Shown here: piece after piece, positions 37,789-47,400 of the stretch | Layout of the letters: every line of letters starts with the position of its first letter | Position numbering within the stretch: position 1 is the stretch's first letter | Origin: an uncultured Bdellovibrionales bacterium | Lineage (GTDB): Bacteria > Patescibacteriota > Minisyncoccia > Moranbacterales > UBA1568 | Direction: 5' to 3' | NCBI GenBank assembly: GCA_964436855.1 | Contig: CAYTED010000009.1 | Span: forward strand, 1-51,288 | Length of the DNA stretch: 51,288 nt | The notes under the pieces: generated by a model | Told to the model about the DNA's origin: nothing | The model's input: only the letters and a program-made list of their open reading frames with translations | Database searches by the model: none | Translations under genes and position numbers: made by a program

Positions 37789-38982
37789 TTATTTCTTCAA
37801 ACGATCCATCAATCGCGCATAAAAACGGAGATTGTGCAGTGAAGCAAGACCCAGCGCAAGTGGTTCACCTACACGAAAAAGATGCCGGAGATAGGCTTTC
37901 GTATAATTTCTACACAATTCACAGTCACAGGTTTCATCAATTGGAGTGAAGTCTTCTTTGAACTGCTCATTGTTGATATTCAAAGTTGAATAAAATTCGA
38001 ATTTTGAATTTTGAATTTCGGTTGAATTTCTCATTTCTAATTTCTCTAATTCTGAATTGATTCGAAATTCAGGATTCGAAATTAAACATTGCGCTTGTTT
38101 GTCATTCATGACAAACAAGCGGCCGTGCCTTCCTTCTCTTGTCGGGATCACGCAGTCAAACATATCCCATCCGAGAGAATGACACCGAACGATATCCGAA
38201 GGCGTCCCGATACCGAGCGCAAATCGCGGTTTGTCTTCGGGGATATATAACGCCGTTTTTTCAAGGATTTCCTCCAGAAAATTCCCCTCTTCATCAATAT
38301 GTCGGCCGCCGAATCCATATCCATCAAAACCGATTGCGATCAATGCTTCCGCACAGCGCTTGCGTTCTTCGACGATCATCCCTCCTTGGACCACGGCAAA
38401 CAAAAGCGGCTTGTCTTTTTCCGAATATCCACGTTTGGTAATTTGCTGTTCGTATTCCGCCTTGCATCGCTTTGCCCAACGAATAGTCCGATCGACGGCC
38501 TGCACAATTTCTTCCTTCGGCGCATCGTTTGGACGCGGATCGTCGAGACACACCATCATATCGACACCGAGATCGAATTGAATCTCGATCGATCGCTCGG
38601 GAGTGAGGAGATATTTCGATCCATCAAGTACCGATTTGAATTCCGCTCCCTCTTCGGTGATCTTTCCCATTTCCGGATTTTTGTGAATGAGCGAATAGAC
38701 TTGGTATCCGCCGGAATCGGAAAGAGTCGGTCGATTCCAGTGCATAAATTGATGAACGCCGTTTGTTCGAGCAATCAATTGCTCACCGGGTTGCAACATC
38801 AAATGATACGTATTCACCACGAGTGCCTCGATACCAACTTTTTCAAGTTCCTCCGGCGTCACTCCACGCACCGAGGCACGTGTCGCGTCCGGCATAAAAA
38901 ACGGGGTCGAGAGGACTCCGTTTCTTGTGATAAGTTCGCCATACCGGCGACCTTCTTTTTGTGAAACGATGTGAAAACTCAT
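37789..38982 (-). CDS. tgt: tRNA-guanine transglycosylase with a repeat-derived insertion
   Basis: DSGGYQ, VQGG, DMFDCVIPTR, CDCELC..HN zinc site. Confidence 0.93.
   Translation of the reverse strand: MSFHIVSQKEGRRYGELITRNGVLSTPFFMPDATRASVRGVTPEELEKVGIEALVVNTYHLMLQPGEQLIARTNGVHQFMHWNRPTLSDSGGYQVYSLIHKNPEMGKITEEGAEFKSVLDGSKYLLTPERSIEIQFDLGVDMMVCLDDPRPNDAPKEEIVQAVDRTIRWAKRCKAEYEQQITKRGYSEKDKPLLFAVVQGGMIVEERKRCAEALIAIGFDGYGFGGRHIDEEGNFLEEILEKTALYIPEDKPRFALGIGTPSDIVRCHSLGWDMFDCVIPTREGRHGRLFVMNDKQAQCLISNPEFRINSELEKLEMRNSTEIQNSKFEFYSTLNINNEQFKEDFTPIDETCDCELCRNYTKAYLRHLFRVGEPLALGLASLHNLRFYARLMDRLKK
37996..38083. repeat. Period-7 array inserted in frame in tgt
   Basis: cgaattt tgaattt tgaattt ... 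atttctc atttcta atttctc ... ttcgaaa ttcagga ttcgaaa; encodes ISNPEFRINSELEKLEMRNSTEIQNSKFE. Confidence 0.8.
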
Positions 38983-40865
38983 TTTTTTACTCGATACGCG
39001 CTTGTCGGAATTTTCTCATCTTCCGGAAGTGCGGTAGTCTTTGCATCGCGTTCGATTTTGACCGGTGTCCCGACAAAAGTATCTTTTCCGGAAAAAACGG
39101 CGCGATTCATCAATCGTACTTCTTTATCTTTCTCATCCGGACCCGGAAGAATCGCGACTTGCACCGTCACTTCCCGAACCGCCACTTCGGATGCCGCTTG
39201 ATACGAACCGATATTCCAGATCAATTCATTTGTCCGATCATTAAATGTTACCGATTCCGAATCGGGAGAAATTTTCCCCGTAAAACGAACTCCCGACGGA
39301 AGCGCCGCAACAACCTTTGCATCCGAAAGATCATTGAGCGATGTCGAAAGTCGGAATGTGAGATCATAGGTCGTCTGCACGCCGACTTCCGGAGGTACCG
39401 GTCCCGTATTCCAGATCGGTCCGTCATAGTACCGTCCTTTCACCTGAAAATCAATAGAGGAATTGAGCCGTACCAGTACCGTGTCGGATGCGATCACTTT
39501 GTTTGATCCGGACGGCGTGGGGATATCCGGACTATCGACTCGCGCCACAGTCCGAATACCCAAGTGCGTTCCCGCTTTCGGAGAGACGTTTTCATACACC
39601 GGGACGGAAAATGTTACTTCACCCATCTCTCCCGGATCAAGAACCGAAAGCTCCGGAATATCCGACGCTCGCCAGATAAGTTTTTTCTCTGCGAGATTGA
39701 AGTATCCGTTTTCCCGACGCAGCCGTGAAAAATCAAGGATCGAGGTATCGAATTCAACCGTAACAATCGCATCGCGCAATCCCTGCGCGCTTTCATTTCG
39801 ATATACCACTCGATAGAGAAGTTCTCGTCCGAGATCGATCGATGTATTTTCTCCGACCCCATTCACTGTTTGCGCAATCGAAAGCGGGGAAGAAACAATT
39901 TTTGTCGTCCGATCCCGTGAGGTAAGCGCGAGGAATGTCCCGTCTCCCTGTAAGTGCCCGATCGATGCGCCAAATCGCTTCACGTCGTCGCGATTCCCGG
40001 AAATTGTTCCGGAAATTCTGATCTTTCCACCGACTTTTGAAGCCAGGTCCCCAAGGTACCAGATCGAATTTCCTTCCGACGGACTCGGATCCGAAGTAAC
40101 GAATGTGAATCCTTCCGGAAAATCCGCCTTCACGCGAACATTGGAAAATTCATCATCGCTTTCATTGCCATAATCAATCAAGTACTCGACCGTATTGCCT
40201 TTTGCCGCCTCGATCGGCGCCGTCACTTCAAGCGAAAGCGGCGAGGTGAGGACATTGACGCCAAAACGACTGGTTGATTCGAGCCGACTCCCCACACCAC
40301 TTGGCTCGTACTGCAATTTCGCATCGATATAATTCACCGTTCCTTCGGCGGAAAAAAACTTGCCCGAGATATAAGAACGGGAAGTGGATCGGGACGATAT
40401 TTCTCCAAGCGGGAGAATCGCTTCGCGACCAGACACCTTCCAATTCCCATTGGCATCCGGACGAAAATCCTCCGGATACGAGAGAACAAGCTCGGCGTTT
40501 TTCAGGTTTACCCAATTGTCGTTGGTGTACGAAATGGAAAATGTAATCGATTCCGCCGCGGCGACCGACTTCGGTCCGTCGATCACGGCCATTACACGCG
40601 CATCATCGAATATTTTCGCTCGAACCAAAAAAGCGAGCGCGGCAAGCAAGAGAACACCAAGCGTGGCGAATCCGATCATTATCCACTTCCGTCGTTTTTT
40701 AAATTTCTCCTCAAGGTCGACAATCGTCGGCGCGGCTTCTTTTGTCCAATCGGCATCGCCAAATGCGTCCGGCTTGATATCCGTATGCTCCGTCATCGAT
40801 ACATCGACCTTTTTTGTTTCAAACCCGCGCGAATGAATTTTCGCGTTCAAATCCTCAAGTGGCAT
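38979..40865 (-). CDS. Membrane-anchored multi-Ig-like (DUF11-like) surface protein
   Basis: Single TM after KKRRK; repeated beta-rich domains (VEYLIDYGN..NVRVKADFPEGFTFVTSDP; IWNIG). Confidence 0.75.
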   Translation of the reverse strand: MPLEDLNAKIHSRGFETKKVDVSMTEHTDIKPDAFGDADWTKEAAPTIVDLEEKFKKRRKWIMIGFATLGVLLLAALAFLVRAKIFDDARVMAVIDGPKSVAAAESITFSISYTNDNWVNLKNAELVLSYPEDFRPDANGNWKVSGREAILPLGEISSRSTSRSYISGKFFSAEGTVNYIDAKLQYEPSGVGSRLESTSRFGVNVLTSPLSLEVTAPIEAAKGNTVEYLIDYGNESDDEFSNVRVKADFPEGFTFVTSDPSPSEGNSIWYLGDLASKVGGKIRISGTISGNRDDVKRFGASIGHLQGDGTFLALTSRDRTTKIVSSPLSIAQTVNGVGENTSIDLGRELLYRVVYRNESAQGLRDAIVTVEFDTSILDFSRLRRENGYFNLAEKKLIWRASDIPELSVLDPGEMGEVTFSVPVYENVSPKAGTHLGIRTVARVDSPDIPTPSGSNKVIASDTVLVRLNSSIDFQVKGRYYDGPIWNTGPVPPEVGVQTTYDLTFRLSTSLNDLSDAKVVAALPSGVRFTGKISPDSESVTFNDRTNELIWNIGSYQAASEVAVREVTVQVAILPGPDEKDKEVRLMNRAVFSGKDTFVGTPVKIERDAKTTALPEDEKIPTSAYRVKK

Positions 40866-40895
40866 AGCGTTTTTCTTTTCTTCAGTATATCACGA

Positions 40896-41615
40896 TTATT
40901 TGCCGATCCACTCAAACAATCGCCGAACTGCGAGCGACACTTCTCGGAGTGATCGATCGTCGGTCGAAATTTTTCCGATATGTTCGAGTTTATTCGCAAG
41001 GAAAATCCGGAGGAGTTTTACCGCCGGAGCACCGATTGGAACCGCTTGCGCGCCATTTTTCGAATGTATCGACGACACCACTCCACCCGCCGATGGACTA
41101 AAAAACAACCGATCGGTTTCAGACAGTCGTTCCCCTGATGCCGCGCAGACATTTGCCTCGATCCGGTATCCCAAATGATCGAGAAACTGCACGAGAAACG
41201 CTTCGACAAGAAGTGGGATCTTCTCCGGCCTCGACACCGACATCGTATTCGCGAGCAAGAGAAATTTTTCAAGCAGCGAAAAAAGATATTCGTCCCGCTC
41301 TTCGAATCCAACTTGCTTCTCGACACTTCCGATTGTTTTCAGTATCGAAAAAATCGTTTCCGGATGTTTTCGAATGTTTGAAAACGACTCTTCTGCGATC
41401 GCGCCGGAAATATTCCCCCGTCCTTTCCCTTTTTGCACCGAAAGAGAAACGGCATTGAATGTTTCCAATTGGCTCGCGAGTTTCGCTTCCGGCTTCCGCA
41501 CACCCTTTGCGACGAGCGACAACTTCCCCGCCTCTTTCGTATACACCGTATACAATCGATCGGTCTCTCCGATTTCTTTCTTCTTCAGGATGATGGCGGT
41601 GTAGCGATATTCCAT
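40896..41615 (-). CDS. recO: DNA repair protein RecO
   Basis: AIILKKKEIGETDRLYTVYTKEAGKLSLVAKGVRKPEAKL, LGYRI..C..SG..FFSPSAGGVV. Confidence 0.92.
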   Translation of the reverse strand: MEYRYTAIILKKKEIGETDRLYTVYTKEAGKLSLVAKGVRKPEAKLASQLETFNAVSLSVQKGKGRGNISGAIAEESFSNIRKHPETIFSILKTIGSVEKQVGFEERDEYLFSLLEKFLLLANTMSVSRPEKIPLLVEAFLVQFLDHLGYRIEANVCAASGERLSETDRLFFSPSAGGVVSSIHSKNGAQAVPIGAPAVKLLRIFLANKLEHIGKISTDDRSLREVSLAVRRLFEWIGK

Positions 41616-41619
41616 GCGT

Positions 41620-41658
41620 TAAATGTCAAAATCCAAATTTCAAATGTCAAATCAAATC
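41620..41658. repeat. Period-7 array upstream of recO
   Basis: taaatgt caaaatc caaattt caaatgt caaatca. Confidence 0.7.
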
Positions 41659-41681
41659 ACAGTGATTAAAATACGCAAGAC

Positions 41682-42200
41682 TTACGTGCCAATAAACTCC
41701 AATGCTTCAATCACAAGTTCATCCAAAGGTTTCGACATATCCAGCACGGTTTTTGAATCTGGCATCACAGAGTAATCAAAATTTGTCAGCTGCCAACTAC
41801 GATCGAAATTTTGGTGCGAATGATGCCGCTCTCGTTCACGAAATCTCCGCACATGCTCCGTGTCATCAGCGAGTTCACAGATAACTACACGCATATCTGC
41901 CCCAAGTTCATTTTTCCAACGCTCGAATATCCCCGGATTCGAAGGATGATTGAATGGTGCCTCCACGATAATATCAACACCGGTCTTAATAGCCTCTTCG
42001 GAAAAATGAAAAAGGAGCTCCATTGAATACATTCCTGTTTTCTTGCTCTCCTCCAGGTTTCTCCCTTCCAAAAGATCAAAGAGTCGCTCCTTAATCGTGT
42101 CCTTATGGAAGCAAACGATATTGAGTCTCTTTGAAAGTTCCGTTGATAAAGTTGTCTTCCCTACCCCTGCCTGTCCACAAATAACAATCACTTTACTCAT
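41682..42200 (-). CDS. P-loop NTPase/kinase (AAA_33-like)
   Basis: VICGQAGVGKTTLS, KDTIKE, IIVEAPF; start set at MSKV. Confidence 0.8.
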   Translation of the reverse strand: MSKVIVICGQAGVGKTTLSTELSKRLNIVCFHKDTIKERLFDLLEGRNLEESKKTGMYSMELLFHFSEEAIKTGVDIIVEAPFNHPSNPGIFERWKNELGADMRVVICELADDTEHVRRFRERERHHSHQNFDRSWQLTNFDYSVMPDSKTVLDMSKPLDELVIEALEFIGT

Positions 42201-42210
42201 ACCTTTTCTC

Positions 42211-43227
42211 TTAACGTTTTGATGCGAGACCGAGCTGAACAATTTTATCAATAAATTCCTCAAAGCTCATTCCCATTGCACGCACTTCTTTCGGACAAAT
42301 ACTCGCCGCCGTCATACCAGGCAATGTATTGATTTCAAGAAAATAAACCTTGCCATCCGCTTCGGAGAGTATGAAATCCGAACGCGTGAGACCCGCGCAA
42401 CCAAGCGCCTGGTGCGCGAGCAAAGCATACTGCTCCACTGCCTTCGTTTCTTTTTTGCTTAGTGGAGCAGGACAAATTTCTTCCGTCTGTTTCGAAAAAT
42501 ACTTCGCCTGATAATCGAAAAATTCCGCGTTATGCACCACGATCTCTACCGGGGGGAGCGGTTGTATTTCTTCTTCCGTATTCCCGAGTACCCCACATGA
42601 CAACTCCCTCCCCTTCACGTACTGCTGAATCACTACCTCCTCGCCTTCACAAAATGCGTCTCCTAGTGCTTTGCTAAATTGCGACCACTTCTTTACGAGC
42701 GTAATACCCACGCTTGATCTGGCATCATTGGGCTTTACGACACAAGGAATGTTTATCCCATTTTTCTTCATTTCTTTTTTCGCTGCCGATTCATTTTTTG
42801 AAGAGAGTTTCACGGTTCGAGGAACAACCATCCCGCAGTGGGACAGAAATTCCGAACAGCGATATTTATCCATTCCCATCGCGCTCGACAATACCCCCGA
42901 TCCTGTATAAGGCATACCGAGCCACTCAAAAAGCGCCTGCGCTCGTCCATCTTCTCCAAACGCACCATGCAGAGCGATAAAAAATATATCCGCATTTTTC
43001 TGGAATACTTTTTTCTCCGGAAACTCACCCGACCAGATTTTCTTCGATTTCTTCTCCGGGGCATTTCGCCATTCCCACGTATCCGTCTTCGTCACTTCAA
43101 GAAATGAGACGTCATATTTTTTCTCAAGGCGCTTCAAACCCTCGAACACTTGCGTGCCCGTTTTCAACGATATTTCCCGCTCATTCGATGACCCTCCTGC
43201 CACCACCGCCGCCCGTATTTTTTTCAT
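42211..43227 (-). CDS. ddl: D-alanine--D-alanine ligase
   Basis: GGSSNEREISL, ALHGAFGEDG, PYTGSGVLSSAMGMDK, SSVG, FFDYQAKY, LEINTLPGMT. Confidence 0.96.
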   Translation of the reverse strand: MKKIRAAVVAGGSSNEREISLKTGTQVFEGLKRLEKKYDVSFLEVTKTDTWEWRNAPEKKSKKIWSGEFPEKKVFQKNADIFFIALHGAFGEDGRAQALFEWLGMPYTGSGVLSSAMGMDKYRCSEFLSHCGMVVPRTVKLSSKNESAAKKEMKKNGINIPCVVKPNDARSSVGITLVKKWSQFSKALGDAFCEGEEVVIQQYVKGRELSCGVLGNTEEEIQPLPPVEIVVHNAEFFDYQAKYFSKQTEEICPAPLSKKETKAVEQYALLAHQALGCAGLTRSDFILSEADGKVYFLEINTLPGMTAASICPKEVRAMGMSFEEFIDKIVQLGLASKR

Positions 43228-43234
43228 AAGCGTT

Positions 43235-43558
43235 TTAATGAGATTCGTTCTTCACTCTCTCTTCAAGCTCCGTCATCGTTTTCGAGAATTCTTTCTCAAG
43301 ATCAATATCATAATGCTGCGCGATCGAAAGAAGAGACCACAAGCAATCGGAAAGTTCATGCGCAAGCTTTTCGTCAGTATTTTCGATACCCCGCATCCCT
43401 TCTTTGGCGGTAATAATCTTATTAAGATCGCCGACGTCGCCTACAAATCCTTGCGTAAGCTCATTAATATTCCATGACCTTCCATACTCTTTCTTTTCTA
43501 GCTCTGCATAGAGCGTCCGTACATGATGAGCTTTTTCAATTATTTCCTTGAATTCCAT
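43235..43558 (-). CDS. MazG-like NTP pyrophosphohydrolase
   Basis: FVGDVGDL..LAHELSDCLWSLLSIAQHYDIDLE; start set at MEFKE. Confidence 0.82.
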   Translation of the reverse strand: MEFKEIIEKAHHVRTLYAELEKKEYGRSWNINELTQGFVGDVGDLNKIITAKEGMRGIENTDEKLAHELSDCLWSLLSIAQHYDIDLEKEFSKTMTELEERVKNESH

Positions 43559-43562
43559 AGGA

Positions 43563-46500
43563 TTATTTTGAACGATTAAGCTGAAATGAAAAATCTTCAC
43601 CTTCAATCTCGAGAGTTTCATTATACTCCGCGTTTTCAAGTTCTCCGTTTTTCACCTCGGTGGCGAGGATTTCCCTCCCGATCATCTCACCGAACATTTC
43701 GAATACTTTTTCTTTGCCTTGATAGCCAAGAACAATTCTATCACTCACCTCAAATCCTGCTTTCTTTCGGCCCTCCTGGATTGCACGGATGATTTCGCGA
43801 GCATCGCCCTCAAGTTTGAGTTCTTCGGTGATTTTAACATCTAATGAGATCATTTCTTTGAGATCTTTCTCAACAAGAATAGTTTTTACATTTAATTCCT
43901 CTAAAATAACCCCTTCTAATTCTTTTGTAGCAATTGGAGCCATAAGTATCACAGCCCCCAAGGGTTGTCTCACTTTAATACCTGCTTTCGCTCTAAGCTC
44001 TAATCCTTTACTAATAATATATCGTACAGCCTCCATTTCTGAATTAAGATCTTCATCAATCAGCTGTTCGTCTGTTTCTGGCCAATCTGCAAGATGTACT
44101 GACTCAGGATCCTTCGACTCGCCGACTCGCTCAGGATGACAAGCAGAGCTTGTCAGATTCCGATACATTTCCTCGGCGAGGAATGGCGTGAATGGTGCCA
44201 TCAGTTTCGAAAGCGTTGCGAGCACAGTATACAAGGTCTGATACGCTTGCTCTTTATCATCGTCATTTTCGTTTTTCCAAAATCTTTTGCGGCTGCGACG
44301 AATGTACCAATTCGAAAGATTATCAATGAATGGCATGAAGAGACGAGTCGCCTTGGCAAGTTCATAGCACTCCATCGCATTGTTTACATCTCGAATTAAT
44401 ATATGTAATTCGGAAAGCATCCAACGATCAAGGAGATTCTTCGACGGCTCGGCGGCCTCCTTCGGAGTCCACTGATCAATCTCTGCATACATCATGAAAA
44501 ACGAATATGAATTCCAGAGCATACGAAACACATTGCGTGATGTTTCTGAGAGATCTCGCTCTGAGAAATTAAGGTTTTCTGCTGCCACGATCGGTGAAGA
44601 CAAGAGATAGAAACGCAGTGCATCTGCACCATATTTGTTCACAATCTCCATCGGATCCGGGTAGTTCTTGAGCTTCTTCGACATCTTCTTCCCGTCTTCC
44701 GCAAGCACTATGCCGTTTACAATCACATTTTTGAAAGCAACACTATCCCTGATCGCTGTACCGATCACGTGCTGGTAGTAGAACCACGCACGCGTCTGAT
44801 CGACGCCCTCGGCGATGAAGTCGGCCGGAAAGCTCTTTTCGAAGTGCTCCGTATTTTCAAATGGATAGTGCTCCTGCGCGTACGGCATCGAACCGGAATC
44901 AAACCAGGTATCAAGCACATCCGGAATGCGCTTCATCGTTCCGTTACATTCTTCACAAGTGACAGTGATTTCATCGACGATATGCTTATGCAGATCTTCC
45001 ACTTTCTTTCCACTCGCCTTTTCCAATTCAGCAACAGAACCAAAAACAACAATGTGTCCACATCCCTGTTCCATGTTCCCTGTTCCATGTTCTATGCCAT
45101 TGCATTTCCAAATCGGCATCACCGATGCCCAATAGCGTTGACGGCTGATCGACCAATCACGTGCGCCTTCGAGCCATTTGCCGAATCGCCCTTCTTTGAT
45201 GTGTTCCGGTGACCAACGGATATCCTTCGCGAGATCGAGCATCTTTTCCTTGATCTTCGTCACCGAGACAAACCACGACGACGTCGCATAGTTGAGAAGC
45301 GGCGTATCGCAGCGCCAGCAGTGCGGATAGCTGTGCTCATATTTTTCTTTTGAAAAAAGGAGTCCATTGTGCGCAAGGTATTTGATAATTTCAACATCCA
45401 TTTCCTGCGGATTTTCTCTTGGCTTCACTGGTTTGCCAGCGAAATCAGTTACTTCTTCCTTCATCGCTCCATCCATCTTCACATGCTGCACAAATGGAAG
45501 ATTCTTTTCCTTGCCAAGATTCATGTCGTCCTCACCAAACGCTGGTGCAATATGCACCACACCTGTTCCATCCTCTGTCGTCACAAAATCCGCAGCATAG
45601 ATCTTCCATCCATTTTCATGATTCGGGAGCGTTGTATCTTTTGAATAATAATCAAAGAGCGGCTTATAGGATTTTCCGACAAGATCAGCGCCTTTAAGCT
45701 CTCGAATAACTTCTGGCTGCGTATTCCGAAAGCCACTTGCATGTTTTCCGTTTATAATGTGCCTCCCATGGCGAAGATCTTCCTTCATTTTTTCAAAGGA
45801 AATTTTAGAAAGAATGGTATATTCTTCTTTAGATTTAACCTCGGAATTAACATTCGCAACAGAATCATCCTCGTTTTGAACCCATGAGTCCTTTACAAGG
45901 ACATATTCAATATCCTCCCCTACTGCCAAAGCGACGTTCCCTGGCAGGGTCCAAGGCGTCGTTGTCCATGCCAAAATATACGTCTTTTCTTCGTTTTCTG
46001 TTGACTGTTCATTGTTCTCTGTTAACTGAAATTTCGCCACCGCCGAGAGATCCTTCACATCCTGATACCCCTCACTTACTTCTTGCTGACTCAAAGTCGT
46101 CTCACAGCGTGGACAAATATGCATCGAGCGATAGCTTTCATAGATGAGCCCCTTGTCCCAGAGCTCCCTGAAGACCCACCATACGCTCTCCATATATTCC
46201 TTGTCCATGGTGCGATAGGCATTTTTCATGTCCGCCCAGCGGCCGATACGCGGGATCACTTTCTCCCATTCGGCGGCATACTCGAGCACCGTCGATCGAC
46301 AGAATTCATTGAACTTCGCTACGCCCATCGCTTCGATATCTTTCTTGTGTTTGATGCCAAGTTCCTTCTCTGCGATGTTTTCGATCGGCAATCCATGACA
46401 GTCCCATCCCCATTTCCGCTCCACCTGGAATCCTTTCATAGACCAGAATCGCGGCACCGCATCCTTAATCACGCTCGCGACGATATGCCCATAGTGAGGC

Positions 46501-46658
46501 AACCCCGTCGCAAACGGAGGCCCATCATTGAAACTATACTTCGGTTTTCCCGCGCGATGCTCCACCGACTTCTCGAAAATCTTCTGCTCATCCCAAAATT
46601 TGAGGATCTCCTCCTCCATTTTCGGAAAATTCATCTTCGGATCAACTTTTTTGAACAT
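43563..46658 (-). CDS. ileS: Isoleucine--tRNA ligase, type 2 (eukaryote-like)
   Basis: DGPPFATGLPHYGH, GWDCHGLP, WTTTPWTLPGN, DWSISRQRYW, KMSKK, LSNWYIRRSR; start set at MFKKV. Confidence 0.96.
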   Translation of the reverse strand: MFKKVDPKMNFPKMEEEILKFWDEQKIFEKSVEHRAGKPKYSFNDGPPFATGLPHYGHIVASVIKDAVPRFWSMKGFQVERKWGWDCHGLPIENIAEKELGIKHKKDIEAMGVAKFNEFCRSTVLEYAAEWEKVIPRIGRWADMKNAYRTMDKEYMESVWWVFRELWDKGLIYESYRSMHICPRCETTLSQQEVSEGYQDVKDLSAVAKFQLTENNEQSTENEEKTYILAWTTTPWTLPGNVALAVGEDIEYVLVKDSWVQNEDDSVANVNSEVKSKEEYTILSKISFEKMKEDLRHGRHIINGKHASGFRNTQPEVIRELKGADLVGKSYKPLFDYYSKDTTLPNHENGWKIYAADFVTTEDGTGVVHIAPAFGEDDMNLGKEKNLPFVQHVKMDGAMKEEVTDFAGKPVKPRENPQEMDVEIIKYLAHNGLLFSKEKYEHSYPHCWRCDTPLLNYATSSWFVSVTKIKEKMLDLAKDIRWSPEHIKEGRFGKWLEGARDWSISRQRYWASVMPIWKCNGIEHGTGNMEQGCGHIVVFGSVAELEKASGKKVEDLHKHIVDEITVTCEECNGTMKRIPDVLDTWFDSGSMPYAQEHYPFENTEHFEKSFPADFIAEGVDQTRAWFYYQHVIGTAIRDSVAFKNVIVNGIVLAEDGKKMSKKLKNYPDPMEIVNKYGADALRFYLLSSPIVAAENLNFSERDLSETSRNVFRMLWNSYSFFMMYAEIDQWTPKEAAEPSKNLLDRWMLSELHILIRDVNNAMECYELAKATRLFMPFIDNLSNWYIRRSRKRFWKNENDDDKEQAYQTLYTVLATLSKLMAPFTPFLAEEMYRNLTSSACHPERVGESKDPESVHLADWPETDEQLIDEDLNSEMEAVRYIISKGLELRAKAGIKVRQPLGAVILMAPIATKELEGVILEELNVKTILVEKDLKEMISLDVKITEELKLEGDAREIIRAIQEGRKKAGFEVSDRIVLGYQGKEKVFEMFGEMIGREILATEVKNGELENAEYNETLEIEGEDFSFQLNRSK
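44107..44141. repeat. REP-like palindrome in frame in ileS (CHPERVGESKDP)
   Basis: Minus strand TGTCATCCTGAGCGAGTCGGCGAGTCGAAGGATCC; starts with the same TGTCAT tag as the GIY-YIG repeats. Confidence 0.6.
45064..45098. repeat. Period-7 array inside ileS
   Basis: ccctgtt ccatgtt ccctgtt ccatgtt ctatgcc (GIEHGTGNMEQG). Confidence 0.8.
45996..46028. repeat. Period-7 array inside ileS
   Basis: ttctgtt gactgtt cattgtt ctctgtt (LTENNEQSTENE). Confidence 0.75.
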
Positions 46659-46662
46659 ATTA

Positions 46663-47085
46663 TTACTCAATATTATCTTGTAACTTTTTCTTGATCGCCT
46701 GCAGTAATTCTGAAGAAAGTTGAAAATGCTTATCCGTTTTCCAGTTATGTCCCCACTCTTCATCAATAAACTTCACTCCCTCGAAAACTCTTTCCGAGGA
46801 ATAGCGAGGAACAATATGCCCGTGCAAATGCCTCGTTTCATTTCCCAAAAAAGCATAGTTCATCCAATCCGCTTGAAATGTTTTTTCAAGAGCATTCTTC
46901 ATTTCTGGAAGGATCTGAAAAAGCTCTTCTTGTTCTTCTTTTGTCGCATCCGTTAAATCCAAAGCATCTTCTCGTTTACACCAAAGTACACTGCGCCCCA
47001 AATACCCCTGATTGGTATGTACCAACCATATCCAGTATTGGTAATCTTTTACAATATTTTGTGAGTAATCTTCAATATCTGACAT
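46663..47085 (-). CDS. HIT family hydrolase
   Basis: NYAFLGNETRHLHGHIVPRY (HxHxH triad). Confidence 0.88.
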   Translation of the reverse strand: MSDIEDYSQNIVKDYQYWIWLVHTNQGYLGRSVLWCKREDALDLTDATKEEQEELFQILPEMKNALEKTFQADWMNYAFLGNETRHLHGHIVPRYSSERVFEGVKFIDEEWGHNWKTDKHFQLSSELLQAIKKKLQDNIE

Positions 47086-47109
47086 ATATTAATCTGTAAA
47101 AATTATGAA

Positions 47110-47353
47110 TAAAAACAAAAAATCCCTAACACAAAAAATCGTGCTAAGGACGTTTGAAAAAATCAAAACGTGGTACCACCTTAATTTTAGTAACTCGTAA
47201 TCGGTAATCGGTAATCAGGGCTTAAATACTCCAGTGACCGGCTACTCATTACAAATTACCCTTATTCCTGCTGTTACGGGCTTACCCGGCGAAGTCTAAT
47301 CATGCGAAAGCACTTTCTTTCCGCAGCTCCGGAGTGATCGCTCCTTCATCGCC
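47110..47353 (-). ncRNA. T-box riboswitch (Ile, AUC specifier) with ultrashort Stem I and intrinsic terminator
   Basis: Minus strand: Stem I GGCGAUGAAGGAG-CG-AUC-A-CUCCGGAGCU (AUC at 47338-47336); Stem II with an AGAA/UAGA internal loop; CGGGUAAGCCCGUAACAGC; antiterminator AAGG-UGGUACC-ACG..CGU-CCUU; terminator UCCUUAGCAC..GUGUUAGGGA-U6. Confidence 0.9.
47190..47261. repeat. Inverted pair of period-7 arrays inside T-box Stem III
   Basis: gtaactc gtaatcg gtaatcg gtaatca ... gtgaccg gctactc attacaa attaccc. Confidence 0.75.
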
Positions 47354-47400
47354 TTTCAAAATTGTATCCTTACATTACCACGAAAAATCAAAAAAATCAA

